Shown here piece by piece: positions 7,774 to 15,982 of a stretch of DNA of 32,260 nt. Origin of the DNA: Myxococcales bacterium. GTDB taxonomy: Bacteria > Myxococcota_A > Polyangia > Polyangiales > Polyangiaceae. The DNA is taken from assembly GCA_043747615.1 (NCBI GenBank), contig JAYTOU010000026.1, positions 1 to 32,260 on the forward strand. The letters are read 5' to 3'. How positions within the stretch are numbered: position 1 is the stretch's first letter; the number at the start of each line of letters is the position of its first letter. A model generated the notes under the pieces. The model was not told the DNA's origin and ran no database searches. It worked only from the letters and a program-made list of their open reading frames with translations. A program made the position numbers and the translations under genes.

Positions 7774-9192
7774 CTACGGAAGGCCGATCACCGCGACCGG
7801 CGCGGTCCTCGTGATCGTGGTCGAGTCCCCGAGTTCGCCGAATCGATTTAACCCCCAGCAGCGAACCGTCCCGTCGGCGAGCAGCACGCAACTGTGTCCC
7901 GCGCCGACGGCGAGCGACGTTGCGGTGGTGATCCCTAATGTGCGGGCCGGTTGGGGCCCGTTGTAGATCCCGCCCGTCCCGAACAAGCCGAGCCAAGGGC
8001 CGTCCGAGTCAGACAAGAAGTTGTCGTTTCCCCAGCAAGCGATCTCGCCGCTGCGACGTCGGGCACACGCGTGGTAAAGCCCGATGCCCACCTGGACAGC
8101 GTCCGAAACACCGACGACGTCAATCGGCACGGAGCGGGAGCCGCCGGATCCGTCGCCCGTGAGTTGTCTTTCTTGGCCGTACCCCCAGCAGGAGATCAGC
8201 CCCGACGACCGAGTGGCGCAGACGGCGCCAAACCCTCCCGCCACAACATCGATGGCATCCGTGATGCCGAGCACTGGACCTGGTCTGGGTCGTGCCTTGG
8301 GCCCGCAACCGAAGGTGCGGTTCGGGTTGGGATCGGTGCCATCCCCGAGGTCACCGCTTCCGTTTGCGCCCCAACACACGACTGCACCCGAGCTCTCGGT
8401 AGCGCAGCCCACACCGAGGATCGTCGCCGTTCGAGCGCTTGAGAGATCCAGGACAGGCTGAGGATCGGGCCGGCTCATGAAGGTGCCGTCACCCAGATCG
8501 CCGCATTCGTTGTCTCCCGAACAGACAACCGTGCCGTCGCGTCGAACGGCGCACGCAGAACCCGCATCCGTTACGATTCGAGCAACCGAGCCGGCAGCAA
8601 GACCCGTGATCTGAACTGGCGACGAGCTGTCGCGCGCTGCAGTCGCGAACTGGCCAAGCGTCTTCTCCCCCCAGCACACGACGGTGCCGGACCGTCGTCG
8701 CGCGCACGCTGCGGTTGCGCCGATCGCGAGGTCGACCGCGTCATCGAGGTCAGGCACTTGCGTCGGCGTGTTCGACGAGACGAGCGTGCCGTCTCCGAGC
8801 TGCCCGTGCTCATTCGCTCCCCAACAGAACACTCTCCCCGACGCGGTCCGCGCGCACGAGAAGTACGCGCCCAGACCGATCTGAACGACAGTCGCCGGGG
8901 GCACGCATCGACCCGCTCCGCAAACGAGCCCCGACGCGCATGCGTGGCCGCACGACCCGCAGTTCGAATCGTCTGCCGCGATTTCGATTTCGCATGTGGT
9001 TCGAGCGCTGTGGTCGCAATCGGCGAAGCCCGGAGGACATGCCGACGAGATAGTTCCTGGAGCAGCCGGCGCAGACCCAGTTGTCTCACTCAAGAGCCCC
9101 GTCCGCGCTCCGCAACTGCACGCCAAAGCCCCAAGAAAGGCCAGCCAGCGTGGCACAAGGTTACGGCAGACGGGAGACCTACGTCGATTCAC
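7774..9192 (-). CDS. RCC1/BLIP-II repeat lipoprotein with Cys-rich N-terminal module
   Basis: Seven C-A-x5-G-x-V-x-C-W-G-type repeats, most followed by N-x-x-G-(Q/D/E)-L-G-D-G; DDSNCGSCGHACASGLVCGAGRC module; lipobox-like LACSCGARTG. Start uncertain (9156, 9192 or 9246). Confidence 0.88.
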   Translation of the reverse strand: MNRRRSPVCRNLVPRWLAFLGALACSCGARTGLLSETTGSAPAAPGTISSACPPGFADCDHSARTTCEIEIAADDSNCGSCGHACASGLVCGAGRCVPPATVVQIGLGAYFSCARTASGRVFCWGANEHGQLGDGTLVSSNTPTQVPDLDDAVDLAIGATAACARRRSGTVVCWGEKTLGQFATAARDSSSPVQITGLAAGSVARIVTDAGSACAVRRDGTVVCSGDNECGDLGDGTFMSRPDPQPVLDLSSARTATILGVGCATESSGAVVCWGANGSGDLGDGTDPNPNRTFGCGPKARPRPGPVLGITDAIDVVAGGFGAVCATRSSGLISCWGYGQERQLTGDGSGGSRSVPIDVVGVSDAVQVGIGLYHACARRRSGEIACWGNDNFLSDSDGPWLGLFGTGGIYNGPQPARTLGITTATSLAVGAGHSCVLLADGTVRCWGLNRFGELGDSTTITRTAPVAVIGLP

Positions 9193-9383
9193 GGCGATGC
9201 GACGAGCTTGAGCGAAACGTCCTGAATCTTTTCGGCCGCACGGCAATCGTTGAACGCGACGTTGAGCGTCGCACCGACTGCCCCAAGGACGAACCTAAGC
9301 ATCCTCCATCTTAGCCTTCGCGGACGGTAAGTCTTGGGAGACGACAGAGAGCGGCGCAGAGCCTCGAGCGACCATTCAAGACG

Positions 9384-9818
9384 TCAGGTGCCACGTCGGC
9401 GGCGCTCAAGCTGCTCCCGGTCCCATTCGCGCATCGACGCCTCGTGCGCGACCTGCTCACGTTGCTCCACAAGCTCCGGGTCCTCTGGCTTTGCACCGAG
9501 CGGCGTCGTCCACTCGAGATAAAGCGCGCGAACCGCGGTCGGCGTTTGCTTCGTCTCGATGACGATGTCGCCAAGCTTCATCCCACGACGAAACAGATCA
9601 AATACTTGAGCGGCAATATCGCCCGTGGCCTTGGTGACGCGTCCTCGCTTCGCGGCGAGCTCCGCCACCTCCTGTCGGTCGAAGCGGTGAATGCCATCGC
9701 GATCCTTGATCGGGTGCAGCTCCTTGCGCCGCTCCCAACGGCGTACCGCTGAAACGCTCACGCCGAGTAGCGTGGCGACCTGGCCTCGCTTGAGCAAGTA
9801 GACCTCGCGAGGTTCCAT
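9384..9818 (-). CDS. MerR/Xis-like HTH DNA-binding regulator, possibly with a second HTH
   Basis: LLKRGQVATLLGVSVSAVRRWERRKELHPIKDRDGIHRFDRQEV, followed by IAAQVFDLFRRGMKLGDIVIETKQTPTAVRALYLEW. Divergent from the 9968 cluster. Confidence 0.82.
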   Translation of the reverse strand: MEPREVYLLKRGQVATLLGVSVSAVRRWERRKELHPIKDRDGIHRFDRQEVAELAAKRGRVTKATGDIAAQVFDLFRRGMKLGDIVIETKQTPTAVRALYLEWTTPLGAKPEDPELVEQREQVAHEASMREWDREQLERRRRGT

Positions 9819-9855
9819 CGTCACGACGGTCGCGCGGAGTGGGCTCAAAAACAAG

Positions 9856-9897
9856 GGTGTGATTTGAGGTGCATGTACCGGTGCATGCACGGGTGCA
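9856..9897 (+). promoter_or_regulatory. Four GGTG(T/C)(G/A) direct repeats at exact 12-bp period in the divergent promoter region
   Basis: GGTGTG at 9856, GGTGCA at 9868, 9880 and 9892. Confidence 0.7.
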
Positions 9898-9967
9898 AAC
9901 GCTCAGAATTGTGCTTCGTTTTTCATGTCGATACGACCGTGGGCATCCAACCACGGAGGCGCGACAC

Positions 9968-10453
9968 ATGGCGTTCGACACGAAAAGCATCGCGAAGGCG
10001 AGGGAGTACGTAGACAAAGCGCGCGAGAAGATGGCGCGCATTCGAGAGCACGCCGAAGAGGCGATCGGGACCGGGATCCAGATCGCCGAAGTCGGCGGAA
10101 CGGCGTTCGGATTTGGGTATGCGAACGCGCGCTGGGGAACGAACGGCGAGGTTAAGGTGATGGGCGTTCCGGCCGATCTCGGGGTCGCCGTCGCTCTTCA
10201 CGGAGTCGCCTTCATGGGCGGGCTCGGGAAATACTCCGAGCACGGACACAACGTCGGAAGCGGCGCGCTCGCGTCGTACGCGTACCGCATGGGAACGCAG
10301 CTCGGCTCGACGGCCGCGCAGCACGCGGGCGGCGTGCAACCCGCGAGCTTCCAGACGGCGGGGACGCCGGCGTTCATCAACGGCGGACAGCAGCACGCCG
10401 TGAGTGGTCTTGGCACGCGATACACGGTCCACGCGGACCACGCCGGCTCGTAG
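9968..10453 (+). CDS. Gly/Ala-rich putative (virion) membrane protein
   Basis: GGAGG RBS. A charged N-terminal helix is followed by Gly-rich, moderately hydrophobic segments (VPADLGVAVALHGVAFMGGLG). The virion role is inferred from context. Confidence 0.7.
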   Translation: MAFDTKSIAKAREYVDKAREKMARIREHAEEAIGTGIQIAEVGGTAFGFGYANARWGTNGEVKVMGVPADLGVAVALHGVAFMGGLGKYSEHGHNVGSGALASYAYRMGTQLGSTAAQHAGGVQPASFQTAGTPAFINGGQQHAVSGLGTRYTVHADHAGS

Positions 10454-10490
10454 CGGCGAGCACTTCAACGAAAGCGAAGGAGCAAAAACC

Positions 10491-11117
10491 ATGTCTGGAC
10501 GAGATATGATCGTGGGTCGCGAAATGATCGTTGGCGCGGGGCACGGGGGCCACGACTACGACGAGCTGATGGAGCACTCCATGGCCGGGGAGCCGGGACG
10601 ACACCCCGACGAGCCCGAACGCGCGCACTACCCCCAATACGTGCAGCACCATCCGCAGCACCCGCAGCAGCAACATCAGGCGTACGCGCCGCAGTACGAG
10701 CGACCGCGTCCGCCGCCCTATCCGCAGCCGGGACATCACACCGAAGGCCCGCGCGTCGTGCGCGAGCATCCGCAGCATGCCCGGCAGTTTCCGATCGGGT
10801 TCACCCGGAGCGCGATCGCGCCGGGCATCGCTGTCGACATCGAGGTGAAGCCTCAGGTGCTCTTCCGCGGGGAGCGCCTCGCCGTGGCACCGAGCATCGC
10901 GCGCTACTTCGACGTCATCGACATCAAAGTCGGGAAAGACAGCCAGCTCGCTGCGACCGGCGAGATGCCGGCGGAGTCGTTCTCGGCGTTGGCAGTCGGC
11001 GTGCGGCTCGAGCTCGATACGGCTTCGCCCGGAATCACCCTCACCATCACCGTGCGAAACATCGACGTCGCTGCCCAGGATTTCAAGGCCGTCCTCTACG
11101 GAACGGTTCTGGAGTAG
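10491..11117 (+). CDS. Candidate single jelly-roll capsid/structural protein with disordered H/Q/P-rich N-terminal arm
   Basis: Strong AAGGAG RBS. The last ~110 aa are alternating-pattern beta strands (FPIGF, VDIEVKPQ, FRGERLAV, FDVIDIKVG, VRLELD, ITLTITVRN, FKAVLYG). The CDS is solid; the fold is an inference. Confidence 0.55.
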   Translation: MSGRDMIVGREMIVGAGHGGHDYDELMEHSMAGEPGRHPDEPERAHYPQYVQHHPQHPQQQHQAYAPQYERPRPPPYPQPGHHTEGPRVVREHPQHARQFPIGFTRSAIAPGIAVDIEVKPQVLFRGERLAVAPSIARYFDVIDIKVGKDSQLAATGEMPAESFSALAVGVRLELDTASPGITLTITVRNIDVAAQDFKAVLYGTVLE

Positions 11118-11120
11118 CGC

Positions 11121-11522
11121 GTGTATGCGCCCCTCTTTCAACTTCGCGCGTTCGACACGATCAACGATCGCGCGAAGGGGGTGGTGCTCATCCACCTTCT
11201 CGAGGGGCTCATCGCGGCGGATGTCGCCTACCTCCTCGACACGCCAAAGACTCCGTGGCTCTACGAGAGCGGCGTCGTCTACGAAGAGGAGCCCGAGGGC
11301 CGCGACAACTGGCAGGACATTCCGACCACGATCGATCTTCGGGTCGGGGACTGCGAGGACCTCGGGTGCTGGCGCGTCGCAGAGCTTCGAGTGCGGTCGC
11401 GTGAGCACGCGCGGCCCGTCATCCGAAGCAGCGTCATCGGGAATCGCACCGTTTATCACGTCGCCGTTCAACGGAGCGACGGACGCCTCGAAGATCCCTC
11501 CAAGAAACTAGGCATGCGCTGA
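11121..11522 (+). CDS. Minimal transglutaminase-like (papain-fold) cysteine enzyme
   Basis: GDCEDL (Cys), YHVAV (His) and LEDPS (Asp) occur in canonical order within 133 aa. Confidence 0.72.
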   Translation: MYAPLFQLRAFDTINDRAKGVVLIHLLEGLIAADVAYLLDTPKTPWLYESGVVYEEEPEGRDNWQDIPTTIDLRVGDCEDLGCWRVAELRVRSREHARPVIRSSVIGNRTVYHVAVQRSDGRLEDPSKKLGMR

Positions 11523-11538
11523 GAACGGAGAAGGACCA

Positions 11539-12927
11539 ATGCCGATTTTATTGCTGTTGCTCGGTGTGGCGACGCTCGCCGTCGTCGCATCGAATGCGGG
11601 CTACAAGAAGCCTCCCCCTCAGACGTACACGCTCGACTACGCCATGCCGCCGGACCTGCGTAACCAGGTACTTGCGGCACTGGTCGGCGAGAACGATCCG
11701 GCCAAGCTGGAGGCGTTCGGGCAGGCACTCGCTCCGCTCTACCCGCTCGCGTCTTCGCAACTTCGCGCGAAGGCGGGATCGCTGCGAGGCGCGCCTCTCA
11801 AGTTCTCGCTGCCGTCGATAGTGCCCGCGCCTCCCATGGCTCCCCCGATCCCCGCGATGCCGGCGGCCCCCACGGCACAGGGGTCGTCGTTGCTCGAGAT
11901 CGGACAACTACCCGAGCCGACGCGATCACAGGTGTTGCAGCAGCTCGCTAGCGGGAACGACCCGGCGGCCCTCGAGACGCTTGCGACCCAGCTGGACGCT
12001 CTGTCGCCCGCAGCGGCATCCGCACTACGCCTGCGAGCCTCGATGCTTCGGAGCCTCCCATTGCCGGTGCCAGCACCTGCCGCACCGCAACCAGCAGCCG
12101 CACCGCCAGCCATTGTTCCCCCGGCTGCTACCCCGGCGGCACCGGCTGCTCCCTCACCACCGGCGGCGCCATCGCCCTTTCCGCCGGGCCTCGGCCTGGA
12201 TCCGGGGATGCCTCCCGACGTCGCGCAAGCCGTCATGACTGCACTCGCTCGGGAGACCGATCCAACGAAGCTCCGCGGATTCGCAGCTTCGATTGCGTCC
12301 CAATTTCCGATCGCCGCCGCCTTGCTGACGGCGAAGGCGAATACCTTGGCGGTGTTCGTCGGCCCGTCAGCCCCAGCGCCGACGACTCCGTTCATCATCC
12401 CGACGGCGACGCCCGTGACCTCGGGCACGTACACCGTCCTCCCGGGCGACTTTCCGATCAAAATTGCGCAAAAGCTCATTCACGACGGGAATCGCTGGCC
12501 CGAGCTCGTCGCCGCGAATCCGCTGAAGAAGAAGGCTGTCGACGGTAACTTCGCAACGTTGCTCCCCGGCGAGGTGCTGCAGCTTCCTTCTTCGTGGGGT
12601 GTTCCGTCGACGTTTGAGGCGGTGAGCCTCCCGAGAGTTGCCGTCGTGCCGACCATCACGGCGCCGATGGTGGCCGCGGGCGCGTACGTCGTTCAGCCGG
12701 GCGACTTCCCGATCAAGATCGCTCAGAAAATCGTTCACGACGGCAAGCGCTGGCCCGAGCTCGTCGCGGCGAACCCCGCGAAGAAACGCGCAGCCGACGG
12801 GAATTTCGCGAACCTCCAACCGGGGGAAAGGCTCCTCCTGCCCGCATCCTGGACCGCGCCACCCGCGCCGGCCGTTCAAAACGCACTCTTGCTCAGCCCC
12901 GGAGGATCCCATGCTTCGTCAACATGA
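11539..12927 (+). CDS. Membrane-anchored protein with three helical repeats, Pro/Ala linkers and two LysM domains
   Basis: N-terminal hydrophobic anchor MPILLLLLGVATLAVVA. LysM copies YTVLPGD-x4-IA...RWPELVAAN...L-x-PGE-x-L-x-LP lie at 12430-12597 and 12685-12852. Confidence 0.85.
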   Translation: MPILLLLLGVATLAVVASNAGYKKPPPQTYTLDYAMPPDLRNQVLAALVGENDPAKLEAFGQALAPLYPLASSQLRAKAGSLRGAPLKFSLPSIVPAPPMAPPIPAMPAAPTAQGSSLLEIGQLPEPTRSQVLQQLASGNDPAALETLATQLDALSPAAASALRLRASMLRSLPLPVPAPAAPQPAAAPPAIVPPAATPAAPAAPSPPAAPSPFPPGLGLDPGMPPDVAQAVMTALARETDPTKLRGFAASIASQFPIAAALLTAKANTLAVFVGPSAPAPTTPFIIPTATPVTSGTYTVLPGDFPIKIAQKLIHDGNRWPELVAANPLKKKAVDGNFATLLPGEVLQLPSSWGVPSTFEAVSLPRVAVVPTITAPMVAAGAYVVQPGDFPIKIAQKIVHDGKRWPELVAANPAKKRAADGNFANLQPGERLLLPASWTAPPAPAVQNALLLSPGGSHASST

Positions 12928-14197
12928 CAGTGTGCTCGCGGAAGGAACCTTCCGCATCGTCCTCACCGACCAACACCGCGTACTCGCGGTGCTCGATGCA
13001 CCGAACACGATGCTCGGACCGTTGCACTTGATGGTCGCGATCGATCGTGCTGAGCGGCACCCGCGGCCGATCGATTTCCGGAACTCCCATCTCGCGCCGG
13101 CGTACGCGGTTGGATTCAGCTTCTCGGACATCGGCGATGCCATCGGGCACGCGGCCGAGTCGACCTTTAACGCGGCGTCGAAGGTCGCGACGACAATCGC
13201 ACGCCCGGTGTTCGACGTCGCCAAGCACGCAGCGTCGGCGGGCGCGCACTTGATTGCCCACGCGACGCCGTTCCTCCCGCAGGCAACGCGACGTCAGATC
13301 GACGCGGCCGCCCGAATCGTGGTCAAAGCGAGACTCGGAGACGTCACCGCAAAGCAATTCATTCGCAACGTCGTGAACGCGGCAAACGCCGGCGTCCACG
13401 CGGCACGGGCGATCGGCGACTCGCTCGTGAGCGGCGCGCGCCTCGTCGCGAGAACCATCGATCTGCCGGTGGAGCTCCTCGAGCACGTCCCGGGGATCGG
13501 CGGCATCGTGAAGTCGATTTCGCCACTCCAGAAGTTTGACAAGATGATGGGCAATCTTCAGCGCGGAGACTTCAAGTCCCTCGAAAGGATGGTGCACGAC
13601 GACCTGAGCATGGCGCAGGGCATCGTCTCTCTCATCCCTGGAATCGGCACGGGCATCAGCGCTGGAATCTCGGCGGGCCTTGCCGCTCTCGAAGGCGGAA
13701 GCCCGCTCGAAGTTGCTCTTCGCACAGCCTACGGCGCGATCCCGATTCCGATCGGGATTCGGCAGATCACGGATGCCGTCCTCGGCGGCGTGCTTGCTCT
13801 CGTCTTCCACCCCGGTCACCTCACGGACGTGGCGATCACTGCGGCGCGCGACGCCGTCCCGAGCGGATTCCCGCGGGAGATTTTCGACACGCTCGTTCAG
13901 CTCGTGGTCAAGAAAGTTCCCCTCCGAAAGGTCGCCCTCGGAATGGTCGACCACTACGTGAGCCAGTACGCACCGGGCGCGCTCCACTTTGGCGACGTGC
14001 TCACGCATGCCGCGCCGCTCGGAGCACTCGCGCACGCCGACCACTTCGAGCATTTCGCGGAAGCGGCCAAGCACGCCGCTCACCTCGACGAGATCACGAA
14101 GCAGGTTCACCGCTTCGCGCATCCCGCCGCTCACCTCGCGCATGAGCAGGAGGAGATCGTGCGCCTTCTTCGTCCCATGCACTTGATGCCGGCATAG
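12911..14197 (+). CDS. Gly/Ala-rich amphipathic helical protein (DNA-pilot or tape-measure-like)
   Basis: GGAGGA RBS at 12901 and overlap with the upstream stop. Long amphipathic helices, VSLIPGIGTGISAGISAGLAALEGG segment and His-rich tail. Function inferred. Confidence 0.65.
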   Translation: MLRQHDSVLAEGTFRIVLTDQHRVLAVLDAPNTMLGPLHLMVAIDRAERHPRPIDFRNSHLAPAYAVGFSFSDIGDAIGHAAESTFNAASKVATTIARPVFDVAKHAASAGAHLIAHATPFLPQATRRQIDAAARIVVKARLGDVTAKQFIRNVVNAANAGVHAARAIGDSLVSGARLVARTIDLPVELLEHVPGIGGIVKSISPLQKFDKMMGNLQRGDFKSLERMVHDDLSMAQGIVSLIPGIGTGISAGISAGLAALEGGSPLEVALRTAYGAIPIPIGIRQITDAVLGGVLALVFHPGHLTDVAITAARDAVPSGFPREIFDTLVQLVVKKVPLRKVALGMVDHYVSQYAPGALHFGDVLTHAAPLGALAHADHFEHFAEAAKHAAHLDEITKQVHRFAHPAAHLAHEQEEIVRLLRPMHLMPA

Positions 14198-14199
14198 CG

Positions 14200-14910
14200 A
14201 TGCGGGGGATGGCCGTTCATCCAACGCGACGCGAGAGGCCGGTCAATCACGGCGACAAAACACGGCTCGCCGGCAACGAGGAGAAAACGCTCGTATGGAT
14301 CAGTGTCGAACATTCTCAACCGTTCACCGTGTACGTAACGGCGCGCGTCGAGGCGCCCCCCGCACTCCTCGCGGGCGTGCAGCCAACGGTCACGATCGAT
14401 TGGGGGAACGGCGGAGCGTCCATCGCGAGCGACTACGCGGTGGTCAGGCGCTTGCGCGTGCCGCTTGCAGCCAGCGTGATCAAGATCTCCGCGAGGCTCG
14501 TCGACCTCGCGACGGGGAAGGCCCCGGCATCGACGGCGTCCTGCGTCTTCAGTGCAGTCATTGCGAATGGCGTCGATGGAGAAACGCTTCGAAACACGCG
14601 GTGGATTGCCCAGTCAGGCGCATCCGGGCTGGTGGCGCAGGGTCCCCAGAGGGTGATGGCAGTCGAGGGATACAACGCGGCGGCTTCCAAGCGATGGGCC
14701 ATGGTCTTCGACGCGCTCGCCCTCCCGCCGAACGGTTCCTTTCCGCTCATGGCCACGCCCGCAGCCGGATTTCCGGCGGCGTTTGCGCTGCATCGCTTCG
14801 ACTCGCGCGAATTCTTGAGCGGCGTCTACTGGGCCGCGAGCTCCAGCCCGCTCACGCTCACGCACGACCCGGCGGCGCGCTTTCGCGTCGATTCGGAGCT
14901 TCTCCTGTGA
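14200..14910 (+). CDS. Two-domain beta-rich protein (candidate penton/spike/second capsid protein)
   Basis: Both halves are strand-rich. The C-half (GPQRVMAVEGYN...WAMVFDA...P-x-NG...FLSGVYWAASS) resembles a small beta-sandwich domain seen in phage structural proteins. Start at 14200 or 14209. Confidence 0.6.
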   Translation: MRGMAVHPTRRERPVNHGDKTRLAGNEEKTLVWISVEHSQPFTVYVTARVEAPPALLAGVQPTVTIDWGNGGASIASDYAVVRRLRVPLAASVIKISARLVDLATGKAPASTASCVFSAVIANGVDGETLRNTRWIAQSGASGLVAQGPQRVMAVEGYNAAASKRWAMVFDALALPPNGSFPLMATPAAGFPAAFALHRFDSREFLSGVYWAASSSPLTLTHDPAARFRVDSELLL

Positions 14911-15584
14911 CGACCGCGGTGGAGCGATACCGCCGGAAAGCCGGAATTGCGACGGCCGCATGGGTCTCTCTCTTTGGAGCGACGCCCACACGGAACGCGC
15001 TCGTTCGCGCCATGTCGGTCGCCGAATTCGAAACGCACCTCGGCGACGGCGGGTTTCACAACTGGGGCGGTGTCCAGAAACGCGGGCTGCGTGCAGAGGA
15101 AGCCGCCCTGTTGCACGTGCATGGGATCGTCCCCGGTACCGAGGACGCGCTCAAGGCGGCGCGGGGCCTGCTCGCGCCGGGTTCGGACGAAGTCCTCGCA
15201 CAGGACACGTCTCCGTCGAGTGGCCCGTACTTCACGTGGTTCTGGTCGTTCGAGACTGACGTCGACGCGGCGAAGAAGTTTCTCGAGGTCCTCGTGAGGG
15301 ATCGTCCCGGCGTTCGCGCCATCATCGATCAGGCGACCCCCGACGAGCTCGCGCGCGCGATGTTCGCGAGCCGCTACTTCGAGGGCTTTCATCCGAACGA
15401 CCCCGAGGCGAACATCCGGGACTACGCGCGCAACATCAGCGCCACGGGAAAAGCGATCGACTCTGCGCTCGGCGGGGAAGGGGCCGCTCCGCTCCCATCG
15501 GACCGAGAACATCACCAGCCGGCAATCGCGCTTGGCTTCCTCGTCGCCGCCGTTGGGATTGCCGTAGCGCGGGGGCCAAGGTGA
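14907..15584 (+). CDS. Lysozyme-fold (GH73 glucosaminidase-like) peptidoglycan hydrolase with C-terminal membrane anchor
   Basis: GTGA overlap with the upstream gene. AEFET (catalytic Glu), HNWGGVQ, FWSFET-x3-A and ARAMFASRYFE follow the GH73/FlgJ motif order. C-terminal AIALGFLVAAVGIAVA. Confidence 0.65.
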   Translation: MTTAVERYRRKAGIATAAWVSLFGATPTRNALVRAMSVAEFETHLGDGGFHNWGGVQKRGLRAEEAALLHVHGIVPGTEDALKAARGLLAPGSDEVLAQDTSPSSGPYFTWFWSFETDVDAAKKFLEVLVRDRPGVRAIIDQATPDELARAMFASRYFEGFHPNDPEANIRDYARNISATGKAIDSALGGEGAAPLPSDREHHQPAIALGFLVAAVGIAVARGPR

Positions 15585-15982
15585 GCGGCATTCTGCCGAA
15601 GTTCGTGCTCCCCGCCGATGTGCGCGCACTGAAGGGCCGCCTCGATCCGACGGTGCGCTCGCTCGATACGACAGTCGCGCAATGCGCGACGATCGAGCCC
15701 GCCACGGCCAGCGCGTGGGTCGACTTCTCTCGCGCGTGGCGAGCCTATTTCAATGAGGAGGATTCCTGGCTTCACACGGCCGCGCAGATGGACGCGGGGG
15801 AAGCCTACGAACGCCAAATCGCCGACTGGCAGGGCCTCCTCGCGCGCCCCTGCACGCTCCACACGCCGCAGATCACGCCTTCGACATCTCCCCCCGAGAC
15901 GCACCAGGACACGATTCGAACGGTGGCCATCGCGGGGGCGGTGATCGCCGTCGTCGTGGGAATTCGATCGGTGATGCGATGA
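15581..15982 (+). CDS. Small helical protein with C-terminal membrane anchor
   Basis: GTGA overlap; ends in TVAIAGAVIAVVVGIRSVMR. Confidence 0.75.
   Translation: MSGILPKFVLPADVRALKGRLDPTVRSLDTTVAQCATIEPATASAWVDFSRAWRAYFNEEDSWLHTAAQMDAGEAYERQIADWQGLLARPCTLHTPQITPSTSPPETHQDTIRTVAIAGAVIAVVVGIRSVMR

Noticed and set aside
12638..12910. N-terminal extension of the 519 aa ORF
   Set aside because: Overlaps the LysM gene out of frame. The GGAGGA RBS supports ATG 12911.
14295..14906. N-terminal 204 aa of the 429 aa ORF
   Set aside because: Shadow extension overlapping 14200-14910. The real start is more plausibly the GTGA-coupled GTG at 14907.
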